Source: Fidelibacterota bacterium (GTDB lineage: Bacteria > Fidelibacterota > Marinisomatia > Marinisomatales > Marinisomataceae). From it: a stretch of DNA of 35,173 bases. A program made the translations under genes and the position numbers. Shown here one piece after another: positions 18,689-27,927 of the stretch (positions are counted from its first letter, which is position 1; the number at the start of each line of letters is the position of its first letter). The DNA lies in assembly GCA_036163585.1 (NCBI GenBank), contig JAYZKH010000022.1:1-35173 (forward strand). Direction: 5' to 3'. The notes beneath the pieces are model-generated. The model did no database searches and was not told the DNA's origin. It saw only the letters and a program-made list of their open reading frames with translations.

Positions 18689-19966
18689 CTAAATCTCTCT
18701 TCTCTTTACAAACCATAAATCTCCAATGCTTATTCCTACATTAAAAGCTTGGATATTTTCAACACCAACTTTGTAAATATTATTTCTCTGTATAAAATTA
18801 TAACTTAGGTCAAGCTGATTATTCGTTAATCCAAATTTAACACCAAAACCTAAAGCTAAACCAATTTCATTTATATCATCTAACTTCTCTAGTTTTGTTG
18901 ACTTAATATCATAATTTCCTAAAAATATACCGCTTCTGAAGTGTATCTTATCGAAAGCATTGTTTGCTAAATATTTAGAAAACTTACTAAAAGATACATT
19001 CAACCTATTCTTCCCTTTGATATATCCAGGATAAACTGAGCTTAACAAACTATTATTTCCTTTGTTGCTCCATGTATCAAATTCAAATTGCAAATGATAA
19101 TCATCATATATTTCGTAATCCAAACCAATCTTTAGATTATTAATCTTAATCTCATCTGTGAAAGTATTCTCTGTTGGTGTTAATGCTTGGCTTGCACCAG
19201 GATAGTCAGCACTATCATGATAATTATTTGAATTAATATCAATAAATGCTTGATAAGATTCATTTCTTACATCAACAGGATTCAGTGAAAGATTATAATT
19301 TAGTGCAAGAACTAAAGGTTTGTCTTTATAAGAAAATCTTTTTGTAGTATAGTATAAACCGAGCAATGATCCAGTGAAATAATCTCTTGATTGTAATAAG
19401 TGATCGGTATTATTAATAATCAAATTCCTTACACTTCTAGAAGATCCAAACACTACATCCAGAGCAACTGCTATATCATCTTTATCGTTTAGATTGTATC
19501 CTACAGCAAATTGCATCATAGAAGAACCGCCACTTGTTTCATTTGATCTAGAATACTGAAGTGAATCTGTTTCACTAAATACAAATGTTTGATAGGTTGT
19601 ATCAGAAACAGTTAATTGTCTTGAAAGAAATGGTGAAAAAGTTATTCCTATAGATAATTTTTGTTTCGCAGGTACAATAAATTTTGCACTGGATAAATTT
19701 GAATTGCTAAAAGACTGGTCATTAAATGAATTATTTTGTCCCTCAAAAGAAAGAGATAGAAAAGTAAATGGCATATTATGCCATGTTGAAGGATTTGATA
19801 AAGAAACATTATTTTGAAAAGTTGGTAATAATCCGATTGAACCTGAACCTAGTGAAGATGAATCATTGTTATGTGAAAACATTCCATAACCATATCCATT
19901 CATTGTCGATTGACCAAACAACATTCCTATCAACAAAGTGAGTGTGATTATTTTACGGCTTAACAT
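18689..19966 (-). CDS. Predicted outer-membrane beta-barrel protein (hypothetical)
   Basis: It has a signal peptide (LLIGMLFG-QS). Alternating polar/aromatic beta-strand periodicity runs throughout, and the sequence is N/S/T/Y-rich. The N-terminal LGSGSIGL...SLSNPSTW block weakly recalls FadL/PorV-type barrels. ATG start with a 14-nt overlap onto the upstream lipoprotein gene. Confidence 0.5.
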   Translation of the reverse strand: MLSRKIITLTLLIGMLFGQSTMNGYGYGMFSHNNDSSSLGSGSIGLLPTFQNNVSLSNPSTWHNMPFTFLSLSFEGQNNSFNDQSFSNSNLSSAKFIVPAKQKLSIGITFSPFLSRQLTVSDTTYQTFVFSETDSLQYSRSNETSGGSSMMQFAVGYNLNDKDDIAVALDVVFGSSRSVRNLIINNTDHLLQSRDYFTGSLLGLYYTTKRFSYKDKPLVLALNYNLSLNPVDVRNESYQAFIDINSNNYHDSADYPGASQALTPTENTFTDEIKINNLKIGLDYEIYDDYHLQFEFDTWSNKGNNSLLSSVYPGYIKGKNRLNVSFSKFSKYLANNAFDKIHFRSGIFLGNYDIKSTKLEKLDDINEIGLALGFGVKFGLTNNQLDLSYNFIQRNNIYKVGVENIQAFNVGISIGDLWFVKRREI

Positions 19967-21203
19967 ATAAAACCTCTATATCTTGACTAGTGAATCTCAC
20001 TTTATCGAATGGACTGTTTGAAGGTGCACTCCATAATTGTAATCCATTATTTTCAATTAAACCATTTTTATATAATTGAACGAATGCTTGAACTGGAATT
20101 TCAACTTTACCATCTTCAATTTTCCTTGACATAAGAAAATCTACAGTCGCTACATGCGATTCATCTTCATAGACTTCAGGTAGAAATGGAGTTGTAAAAG
20201 TCCATTGTGACACTGTATCTTGCAATGCTCCTACAACAACATAAAAATCATCATCTTCGTCTACATTTGAAGATTCAACATTTAAAACTAGCCTTGCATC
20301 TTTTATAATAGAATTTCTTTCAAGGCTATCAATAATACTTAGATCATATCTTACTATTGATCGACTTCCAGAACCAGAATTCAAAGAAATATAATCATGG
20401 TCTTCAAGAGTAATTTCTGGTGGCCTAACAATACTCATGTCTCTTGACCCAAAAAATGTAATAAAGGTATCAAGCATTGTTGTATCATTGACTGTTGCCT
20501 TATACCACACTCTTAATTTTGGACTGTATGAACCACCTGCTTCTTCACTGTCTATAGAAAACAACTGATCTAAATCGCTGCTTGCCTTTAACATCATTGT
20601 TCTTGAAGGATACTGTTCCGTATCAAAAAATTCTTTAATTAAATCAAGGTTATCATCTTTAAATAAAAAACTAAGAGTATCGCGTGCATCGGCAACGGTA
20701 TCAGGTTGCACAGACTCTAAAGATATTTCGTGTATTAACTTAGAAAGGTTCTCAAAATCTGGATAATCTGATAGATTATAATAATTGGTTGAATCTTCAG
20801 AAAATATGCTATCTTGATCAGATAAAATCGAATATAAAGATAAAGTTGAAGAAGACTGTAAAGAATCACTTGTTTGAAAAAATACTAATGCACTATCTAC
20901 TTGAATTGAATCTGCTAAGAGATCGCTTAATTGTGTCGGAGGAAGAAACCCTCCGAATAAAGTAAATTCAACCAAAGAGAATAGATTTTCTGAACCTTTT
21001 AAATTGCCAAAAAATAATTTTGTACTTGTGCCCAATCCACTAGGTTGTGCCTGAAAGGCTTTTTCTTTATCTGTAGGTAAAGTCAATGTGTTAATTGTAT
21101 AATCTGGATTGTCTATTTCGTCATACAAGATTGTTTCTTCTGAACAAGAAGAAACAATAATAAAAAACAATATGAATAGGATATTTTTATATATTTTTCT
21201 CAT
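19953..21203 (-). CDS. Lipoprotein of unknown function (positional analogue of the DUF4270-type lipoprotein that follows glgA-like genes in Bacteroidota)
   Basis: The ATG at 21203 gives MRKIYKNILFILFFIIVSS-C, a classic lipobox, and lies 1 nt after the upstream stop. The track start at 21227 adds 8 residues. The DUF4270 assignment comes from remembered synteny and is not demonstrated. Confidence 0.5.
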   Translation of the reverse strand: MRKIYKNILFILFFIIVSSCSEETILYDEIDNPDYTINTLTLPTDKEKAFQAQPSGLGTSTKLFFGNLKGSENLFSLVEFTLFGGFLPPTQLSDLLADSIQVDSALVFFQTSDSLQSSSTLSLYSILSDQDSIFSEDSTNYYNLSDYPDFENLSKLIHEISLESVQPDTVADARDTLSFLFKDDNLDLIKEFFDTEQYPSRTMMLKASSDLDQLFSIDSEEAGGSYSPKLRVWYKATVNDTTMLDTFITFFGSRDMSIVRPPEITLEDHDYISLNSGSGSRSIVRYDLSIIDSLERNSIIKDARLVLNVESSNVDEDDDFYVVVGALQDTVSQWTFTTPFLPEVYEDESHVATVDFLMSRKIEDGKVEIPVQAFVQLYKNGLIENNGLQLWSAPSNSPFDKVRFTSQDIEVLYVKP

Positions 21204-21204
21204 A

Positions 21205-22020
21205 TTAAGCAGTTTTAATTGCATCATCTACTGCATCAAATAATGGAGTATAATCAATATCTTCACTTCCTTTTATGTTTAATACAGAACAATGCTTTGA
21301 ATCTTTAAACACTTTCAACTTCATTAACTTTGATGATATATTATTCCCTTCACTGTTAACAATAATAGTCTTATCTGCATACATACATCCAATCTGATTT
21401 AAGTTTAACGACTTAATTGGCGAAATTGTTTCACTTTCTAATCCTAAACTTTTCGCATCAAAAATCACATCTTCATTCAGAGAATTAGTTAAATAAACCG
21501 TTTTAATCTTTGAAAACTCTTTATTTTCCTTTGATAATATATCTAATAGCATTGGCAATAGAGCTGAAGTCCAACCACTGCAAACAATTACATTTGGATA
21601 CCAAAACAAGTTAGGTAACATTTTAAGTGCTGCCATACAATAGAAGGCAAATCTTTTATCATTATCAGTTAAAAATCGTCCATTTTTTGATTTATATAAT
21701 AAATTATTCAAATCTCCAAAAAAACTTTTTTCCTCAAGAAAGTATACCTGTAATCTCGATTTTGGAAGAAAAGCACTTTTAGCAGAACATAGAACATCAG
21801 ATCCATGAAAATGAAATGGAATTTCTTTTAAACGAATTACTTCTCTAAGAATATATTTTCTCTCACTTATGAATCCATACTTTGGCATTAAACATCTTAC
21901 ATCATTGCCTCTATTCTGCAAATCTAAAGGAATCACAGAAGAATAATCAGACAGATGAGATGCTGAAGCAAAAGGCTCCATCTCAGTTGTTATGTAAAAG
22001 ATTTTTTTCGCCATCATCAA
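21205..22020 (-). CDS. Glycogen/starch-synthase N-terminal-domain-only protein, catalytic motifs degenerate
   Basis: The 271 aa align by eye with the N-half of GlgA. [21 protein letters not shown] matches [35 protein letters not shown] matches PDVVHAHDWHAGLAP, and [13 protein letters not shown] matches LYYADHITAVSPT. KTGGL is replaced by SASHL, and the C-terminal GT-B domain is absent. Confidence 0.65.
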   Translation of the reverse strand: [271 protein letters not shown]

Positions 22021-22065
22021 GAAGGGAGAAACTTAACAAAATAGGATGACAACTTCAACTGAGAA

Positions 22066-23286
22066 TTATGAATTTTCTGATAGGTTGTTTATTAGGCCTA
22101 ACATTATAAAACATGATAAAAGAAATGATCCTCCTGCCGATATGAAAGGCAAAGGCAATCCTTTGACAGGGATTAAGCCAACAGTCATAGCAGAATTAAC
22201 AAACAGATGAGATAAAAAAATTGAAGCTAAACCTATCATAAAAATGCTTGAAAAATAATCTGAACATTTAAAAGCAATATCAAGCAATGTTTTAATAAAC
22301 AAAAAGAAAATTATCATAACAACCATAATGCCTAGAAAACCAAATTCTTCTGCTATTACCGAAAGAATAAAATCAGATTCTTGAACAGGTAAAAATTTAA
22401 GCTGTGTTTGAGATCCTTCTTGAAAACCTTTTCCAAAAAATCCTCCAGAACCTATTGCTGTAACACTTTGGATGATATGGTAAGCAGATCCCATCGGATC
22501 AAGATCTGGATTCAAAAATGTTAATACTCGTTGTTTTTGATAATCAGTCAAAATATTCCAAGCAAATGGTGTTAATAAACCTGCAAATATATTAACAAAA
22601 TAAAGAATAGATCCTGGTACAAAACCAGGTCTAGCTACTAAGAAACATAAAAACATAACAACAGCCCATATGCTGAAAAAAACAGTGTTAGATGCTGCAA
22701 TAATTGTAATAATTGGAGCCATAATTAGAAACAAGATGAAAGCATTAACTCCTGCCCAAAGCAACATAGGTATTAACGGAGCACATACAATAGCCGCTGT
22801 ACCTAAATCAGGCTGTCTTAAAACTATTCCGGCAGCAAACAATGTTAATAATCCAGGAATAATAATAATCGAAGTTTTTTTCATTTCAAGTTGATGATTT
22901 GATAAATATTTTGCAATTGCAATAACAACTCCAATTTTTAAATATTCCGAAGGCTGTATTGTCATAAAACCTAAATCAATCCATCGATATGTATACTCTA
23001 CTTTTGGCAAGAAAAATGGAATAAGACATAACATTATTGTTGATAAGAAAATTAGGGTTGAATTATCATGAATAAATTTTAAAGGAATACGTACTACAAA
23101 CAAATAAACAATGAATGATAATGCTATAAAAATGGACTGTCTCATAAATGAACTATCAATTGATAAAGGATTATCAGAAATACTATAAAGTGCAGTAAGT
23201 CCAAATATAATCAAAAGAAAAGTTAATACATGGAGTCTTCTTCTTAAGTCTTCTGCAGTGAGACGTATGTATATATTTTGAGCCAC
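22066..23286 (-). CDS. rodA: Peptidoglycan glycosyltransferase RodA (SEDS family)
   Basis: 406 aa with about 10 TM segments and SEDS motifs (RQPDLGTA, FLPVQESDFILSVIAEEFGF, GLIPVKGLPLPFISAGGS). It lies downstream of mrdA. GTG start 2 nt after the mrdA stop. Confidence 0.9.
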   Translation of the reverse strand: MAQNIYIRLTAEDLRRRLHVLTFLLIIFGLTALYSISDNPLSIDSSFMRQSIFIALSFIVYLFVVRIPLKFIHDNSTLIFLSTIMLCLIPFFLPKVEYTYRWIDLGFMTIQPSEYLKIGVVIAIAKYLSNHQLEMKKTSIIIIPGLLTLFAAGIVLRQPDLGTAAIVCAPLIPMLLWAGVNAFILFLIMAPIITIIAASNTVFFSIWAVVMFLCFLVARPGFVPGSILYFVNIFAGLLTPFAWNILTDYQKQRVLTFLNPDLDPMGSAYHIIQSVTAIGSGGFFGKGFQEGSQTQLKFLPVQESDFILSVIAEEFGFLGIMVVMIIFFLFIKTLLDIAFKCSDYFSSIFMIGLASIFLSHLFVNSAMTVGLIPVKGLPLPFISAGGSFLLSCFIMLGLINNLSENS

Positions 23287-23288
23287 AA

Positions 23289-25058
23289 TTATTTATTCGC
23301 TATGTATGTATTGTTATTGATAAAATATGATACTATTTCTCCAGCTACAGGAGAAGCTACTGTTGCTCCACCTCCTCCATTTTCAATAATAGTTACTATT
23401 GAGTATTTTTCACCTTGAAATTCAAAAAATCCAACAAACCAAGCATGGGGTTCTCCATGAGGATTTTGTGCAGTTCCAGTTTTTGCAAAAAATGGAATTT
23501 CTTGATTTATTGGCATAGCTCTTCTAGCAGTTCCAAAATCATCATTCACTGCCTTAAAAAGAGCATTTTCAACATAATCCCAAGTGTTATCTGAATATTC
23601 AATGGGATCATAATAGCTTAATTGAGAATTAAGATTTAACCTTAATCTTGGAGTTTTTTGTCCTCTTGTTGCTATATGATTAATAAATCGCAACGATTGG
23701 ATTGGAGTAATCAATAAGTCTCCTTGTCCTAATGTCAAATTTAATAGAACTCCTCTTTCAGACCATCCCCATCTTCCATATTGTTTTGTAAAAAAATTTT
23801 TATCAGGGACTAATCCTATCTTCTCAGATGGCAGATCAATATCTGTTGCTTCATTAAATCCAAAAATTTTTGCAGTTGATACCCAGTCTTCTAGAGATAT
23901 TAACTGAACTTTTTCATAAAAATAAATATTACATGATTCTGAAATAGCTTTTTTCAAGTCGGTAGATCCATGACCATTTTCATTCCAGCATCTTCTCTCT
24001 ATACCTCCATACTCTTTTATTCCTGAACAAATGACTGAATCAGAGTCCGAAATAACATTGTTTTCTAGCAAATTAAAAGTTGTAATTAATTTCAGAGTAG
24101 ATCCAGGAGGATACAGACCTGCTATAGATCGATTTAATAAAGGTTTGTCAGGATTTTTAAGAATATCATCCCACTCTTCTTCAGATGTTGTGCCTCTATA
24201 TATATCTAAATCATAAGATGGACTGCTTACCATTGCCAAGATCTCACCGCTACCTATATGAGACATGATGACAGATCCTTTTTGATCTCCCAATAAATTC
24301 TTTACGAACTGTTGCAATCTTGAATCAATTGATAAATGAAGATTATCCCCAGGAAGTGCTATAACCTTTCCATCTTCTAATTCAAAAATTTCTCTTCCAT
24401 AGGTATCAACCTCTAAATAACTGACACCCTTAGAATACCTTAATTCTCGTTCATATTGTTTTTCTATCCCCTGCCAACCAATTAATTCTCCAGCTCTATA
24501 TAATAAACTTTTATCAAGCGATGGAACAGTGTCTCTATCTACTTCTTTAAGATATCCTAAAATATGAGAATGGCTAAAAGAAGATGGGTATATTCTTTCA
24601 TTAAATGGACTATAGTTAAATGCATTAAAATCAAGTTTTCTTTCTTCAATCTCAGAGATTTGTTTAAAAGAAAGATTTTTTGCAATAATGGTAGGCAACA
24701 TTCTTCCTCGATAATATTTTTTATATCTACGATGAAGTTCATCAGTTTCAGTGTTTAAAATTGTCGATAATGCTTCAAAAGATTTCTCCTTATCCTCCAA
24801 CTTATATGGAGTAACTGTTAAAACATATGTTGGATAATTATCAACAAGTAATTCTCCATTACGATCAAAAATTAATCCTCTTGATGCATAGGTAGTTACT
24901 GCCTTAACACGATTTATTTGAGATTTAGAGAAATGTCTATCATATTCAATAACTTGTAAATGATAATATCTACCTATTAGAATTGTCATTAAAAAACATA
25001 AAATAAAGAAAAGCACTCTGTAGGTATATATATCTGCTTTATTTTCAATTTTAAGCAT
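23289..25058 (-). CDS. mrdA: Penicillin-binding protein 2 (elongasome transpeptidase)
   Basis: It has an N-terminal TM anchor, the PBP dimerisation region, and the active-site motifs STLK, S-C-N (SESCNIYF) and KTGTA. Confidence 0.92.
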   Translation of the reverse strand: MLKIENKADIYTYRVLFFILCFLMTILIGRYYHLQVIEYDRHFSKSQINRVKAVTTYASRGLIFDRNGELLVDNYPTYVLTVTPYKLEDKEKSFEALSTILNTETDELHRRYKKYYRGRMLPTIIAKNLSFKQISEIEERKLDFNAFNYSPFNERIYPSSFSHSHILGYLKEVDRDTVPSLDKSLLYRAGELIGWQGIEKQYERELRYSKGVSYLEVDTYGREIFELEDGKVIALPGDNLHLSIDSRLQQFVKNLLGDQKGSVIMSHIGSGEILAMVSSPSYDLDIYRGTTSEEEWDDILKNPDKPLLNRSIAGLYPPGSTLKLITTFNLLENNVISDSDSVICSGIKEYGGIERRCWNENGHGSTDLKKAISESCNIYFYEKVQLISLEDWVSTAKIFGFNEATDIDLPSEKIGLVPDKNFFTKQYGRWGWSERGVLLNLTLGQGDLLITPIQSLRFINHIATRGQKTPRLRLNLNSQLSYYDPIEYSDNTWDYVENALFKAVNDDFGTARRAMPINQEIPFFAKTGTAQNPHGEPHAWFVGFFEFQGEKYSIVTIIENGGGGATVASPVAGEIVSYFINNNTYIANK

Positions 25059-25524
25059 TTAATACAACCTTCTTTAATGATAAAATCTTGACAAAAATAT
25101 AAGAAACAAAGATAGAATACAATGATATCAGCATAAAATTCTTCAAGAAAAGAAAGAAATTACTAAAAAAGAGGAAATCATATCTAAAGAGACAATAAAT
25201 ACCTGTACCAATAAGCAATGTAATCATCCAATATGAATCAAAATTACGGAATACAAAATTGAAACGAATTCGAGATGCCATAAATGCACAAACAGAGAAC
25301 ACTAAACTTGAAAGACCAAAATAAGTTCCACTAAATAAGACTAAATCACAAAACAAACCTACAACAAACCCTATCAATACTGCTTTAGAAGTGTTCGACT
25401 CAGGCATTTGTGATAAAACAATAAAAAGTAGCATAATATTTGGCTGTAAACCATTTATAGTAAGTAATTCAGAAAAAATCAATTGCAATACAATTGATAC
25501 TAGAAAATATCGAAAAAATAACAT
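25051..25524 (-). CDS. mreD: Rod shape-determining protein MreD
   Basis: 157 aa, polytopic and hydrophobic. It sits between mreC and mrdA, with a G-x-x-x-D-containing segment (GFVVGLFCDLV) typical of MreD. Confidence 0.75.
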   Translation of the reverse strand: MLFFRYFLVSIVLQLIFSELLTINGLQPNIMLLFIVLSQMPESNTSKAVLIGFVVGLFCDLVLFSGTYFGLSSLVFSVCAFMASRIRFNFVFRNFDSYWMITLLIGTGIYCLFRYDFLFFSNFFLFLKNFMLISLYSIFVSYIFVKILSLKKVVLNA

Positions 25525-26318
25525 TATTGATTATCTCCTTCAACCAAAACAAATAGTTGGTTTAACTTAGATAAATCAGAGTGAAGTTTTAATCGGATAA
25601 CCTTATTAAAACTATCTGATTTATCATGTATACTTATAACTTCTCCAACAGGAAGATCAGGAGGAAAATAAGTACTCAGATTTGATGTCACCACTAAATC
25701 TCCAATATTGATATCTGCTGTTTTCTTTACTTCAAATATTTCACAAACTTTATCATTTCTCCAATGCAAGATTCCTTCCGCTTCAGATGGCATTATCCTT
25801 ACACTAAGTCTAAAATTGCCATCACTAATAAGCTGTACAGAAGAATTATGATCAGAAGAAGTAATAATTTTTCCAACAACACCTCTTGATGACAGAACTG
25901 GGTCATTGTTACTAATTCCATCGCTAGTTCCTCTATTAATTAGAACAGTATTAAGATTGGAAATATTTCCTCTTGAAATAACATCTGAACCAACAAATTG
26001 ATATTCTTCTCTGTTTTTAAAGTTTAAGAATTCACGCAGATAATCATTCTCTGTTTTATTTGACAATAAAATCTGGTTTTCAAGGCTTAATTTCAAATTT
26101 TCTGATGAAAGAACTTCAATTCTTTTCAATAAAAAAGATTGATTATCAATCCAATTGAATGGTTCGTAGATGAAAGAGAATTTTTCTATCGTTGATAATC
26201 TAAAAGATTGAACCTTTTCATTTGAATCAGAAAAGATTAAAACAATTGATAAAAAAATACAGACTAATAGAGTAAATAAAGGGAGGTTTCTATCATTAAA
26301 TAATCTGGTACCAATCAT
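25524..26318 (-). CDS. mreC: Rod shape-determining protein MreC
   Basis: It has an N-terminal TM, a coiled-coil (LSSENLKLSLENQIL) and a beta-rich C-terminal domain (VLSSRGVVGKIITS...VVTSNLSTYFPPDLPVGEV). Confidence 0.85.
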   Translation of the reverse strand: MIGTRLFNDRNLPLFTLLVCIFLSIVLIFSDSNEKVQSFRLSTIEKFSFIYEPFNWIDNQSFLLKRIEVLSSENLKLSLENQILLSNKTENDYLREFLNFKNREEYQFVGSDVISRGNISNLNTVLINRGTSDGISNNDPVLSSRGVVGKIITSSDHNSSVQLISDGNFRLSVRIMPSEAEGILHWRNDKVCEIFEVKKTADINIGDLVVTSNLSTYFPPDLPVGEVISIHDKSDSFNKVIRLKLHSDLSKLNQLFVLVEGDNQ

Positions 26319-26320
26319 TA

Positions 26321-27349
26321 TTACCAGAGAACATGTTTGTATTTTTCAAGATTTTCAATGATCATACCACAACCTTTTACGATACTTAAATGTGGCTCAT
26401 CAGCTACATTAACAGGAACTCCTGTTTTTTCTCTTAGAACTTGATCGAGCCCTGTCAACATTGATCCTCCGCCGGCTAAAATAATTCCTCTTTCCACAAT
26501 ATCTGCAGATAATTGAGGAGGAGTATCTTCTAATGCCTGTTTTATAACTTCTACAATTCTGCTTACAGGATCTTTTAAAGCTTGTCTAATCTCATCAGAT
26601 CGAACTTCTATAGTTTTAGGAATACCTGATACTAAATCTCTACCTTTTACTAGAATATTTTTGGAGCGAACTCTCATTGCAGAACCAACAGATATTTTAA
26701 TTTCTTCTGCAGTCTGTTCTCCAATTTCAAGCTTATGTTCGTTTCTAAACCATTGTATAATAGCTTCATCCATCTCGTCACCAGCAACTCTGATTGCTTT
26801 TTTTGTCACGACACCATTTAAAGAAATAACTGCTACTTCGGTAGTTCCACCACCTATATCAACAATGATATTACCTACAGGCTTGCTAATATCAAGACCA
26901 ATACCAATTGCAGCTGCAACAGGTTCATCAACTAGAAATACTTCTCTAGCAGCTTGTTTTTCTCCTGAATCTTTAACAGCTCTTCTTTCTACTTCAGTAA
27001 CACCAGAAGGTACACAGATTACCATTTTTGGCCTTGTAAGACGATTTAAATTTACTTTTCTTATAAATCCTTGCAACATAGAGTCTACAGCATTGTAATC
27101 TGCTATTACACCATCTCTTAATGGTCGGATTGTTTCTATACCTTGATGTGTTTTACCTAGCATCTCTTTTGCTTCATTCCCAACCGCTAGGACTTCATTT
27201 GTTTTTGTTGATTTTGCAATAATTGATGGTTCGTTGATTATAATTCCTCTTCCTGCAAGCCATATCAATGTATTTGCAGTGCCTAAATCGATAGCAATAT
27301 CTCCACTAACCCAATCAAAACCGCTCTTTATTTTTTCTAAAAATTTCAT
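26321..27349 (-). CDS. mreB: Rod shape-determining actin homologue MreB
   Basis: DIAIDLGTANTLIW, VICVPSGVTEVERRAV, IVDIGGGTTEVAVIS and ILAGGGSML are the canonical MreB phosphate/adenosine motifs. Confidence 0.97.
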   Translation of the reverse strand: MKFLEKIKSGFDWVSGDIAIDLGTANTLIWLAGRGIIINEPSIIAKSTKTNEVLAVGNEAKEMLGKTHQGIETIRPLRDGVIADYNAVDSMLQGFIRKVNLNRLTRPKMVICVPSGVTEVERRAVKDSGEKQAAREVFLVDEPVAAAIGIGLDISKPVGNIIVDIGGGTTEVAVISLNGVVTKKAIRVAGDEMDEAIIQWFRNEHKLEIGEQTAEEIKISVGSAMRVRSKNILVKGRDLVSGIPKTIEVRSDEIRQALKDPVSRIVEVIKQALEDTPPQLSADIVERGIILAGGGSMLTGLDQVLREKTGVPVNVADEPHLSIVKGCGMIIENLEKYKHVLW

Positions 27350-27387
27350 AGATGCAATTTATAAAATATTCTCCCTATTGATTATAT

Positions 27388-27924
27388 TTATTTTGTTAAT
27401 CCTTCTTTACTTAACTCGTCTGCTTCTTCATTTTTTTCTCTTGGAACATGTGATAGGGTCCAAGATGTTAATTCTGAACATAATTTTGCCACTTTAGCAT
27501 GAAGCTTAATCATTTTGGAATCTTTCAATTTATATTTCCCATTAACTTGATTCACGACTAATTCACTATCGGAGAATATATTAACATGATAGATCTCATG
27601 ATCTAAACATGCTTTAATCCCTTGAATTAATGCTGAGTATTCTGCCTCATTATTTGTACGAATTCCAATATTTTCAGAAAAAGAATAGATTAGTTTGTTG
27701 CCTTTCTTAATTAATCCTCCAATACCAGCATTATTCGGCTTTAAATCTTCATCAAATTCAGCTGCACCATCAATAAAAAGACTGTAATCCGAATCTATAG
27801 TATCCCATGCTTTTTTTATTGATTCTCCTTTTTTGCTAATATCGTCTACAATGGCAATTTCTTTGTCTGATAATTGACTCCTAAATTGTTCTAAAATTTT
27901 TAATAATTTTTTTTCTTTACTCAT
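27388..27924 (-). CDS. RNase HI-like ribonuclease with a ~55-aa N-terminal extension
   Basis: A DEDD tetrad is readable: FIDGA, TNNEAEYSALI, IFSDSELVV and KNEEADELSK. This is the compact archaeal/RVT_3-like type without a basic protrusion. The N-terminal extension has no motif I recognise. Confidence 0.8.
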   Translation of the reverse strand: MSKEKKLLKILEQFRSQLSDKEIAIVDDISKKGESIKKAWDTIDSDYSLFIDGAAEFDEDLKPNNAGIGGLIKKGNKLIYSFSENIGIRTNNEAEYSALIQGIKACLDHEIYHVNIFSDSELVVNQVNGKYKLKDSKMIKLHAKVAKLCSELTSWTLSHVPREKNEEADELSKEGLTK

Positions 27925-27927
27925 AAC

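Noticed and set aside
21205-22020. Interpretation of the short glgA-like ORF as a frameshifted glgA pseudogene
   Set aside because: The downstream sequence encodes a lipoprotein with its own signal peptide, not the GT-B C-domain. The ORF is intact and tightly coupled to its neighbour.
26661-27098. 145-aa plus-strand ORF antisense to mreB
   Set aside because: It is a classic shadow ORF opposite a highly conserved gene. The composition is low-complexity and S/T/P/I-rich. mreB on the other strand is unambiguous.
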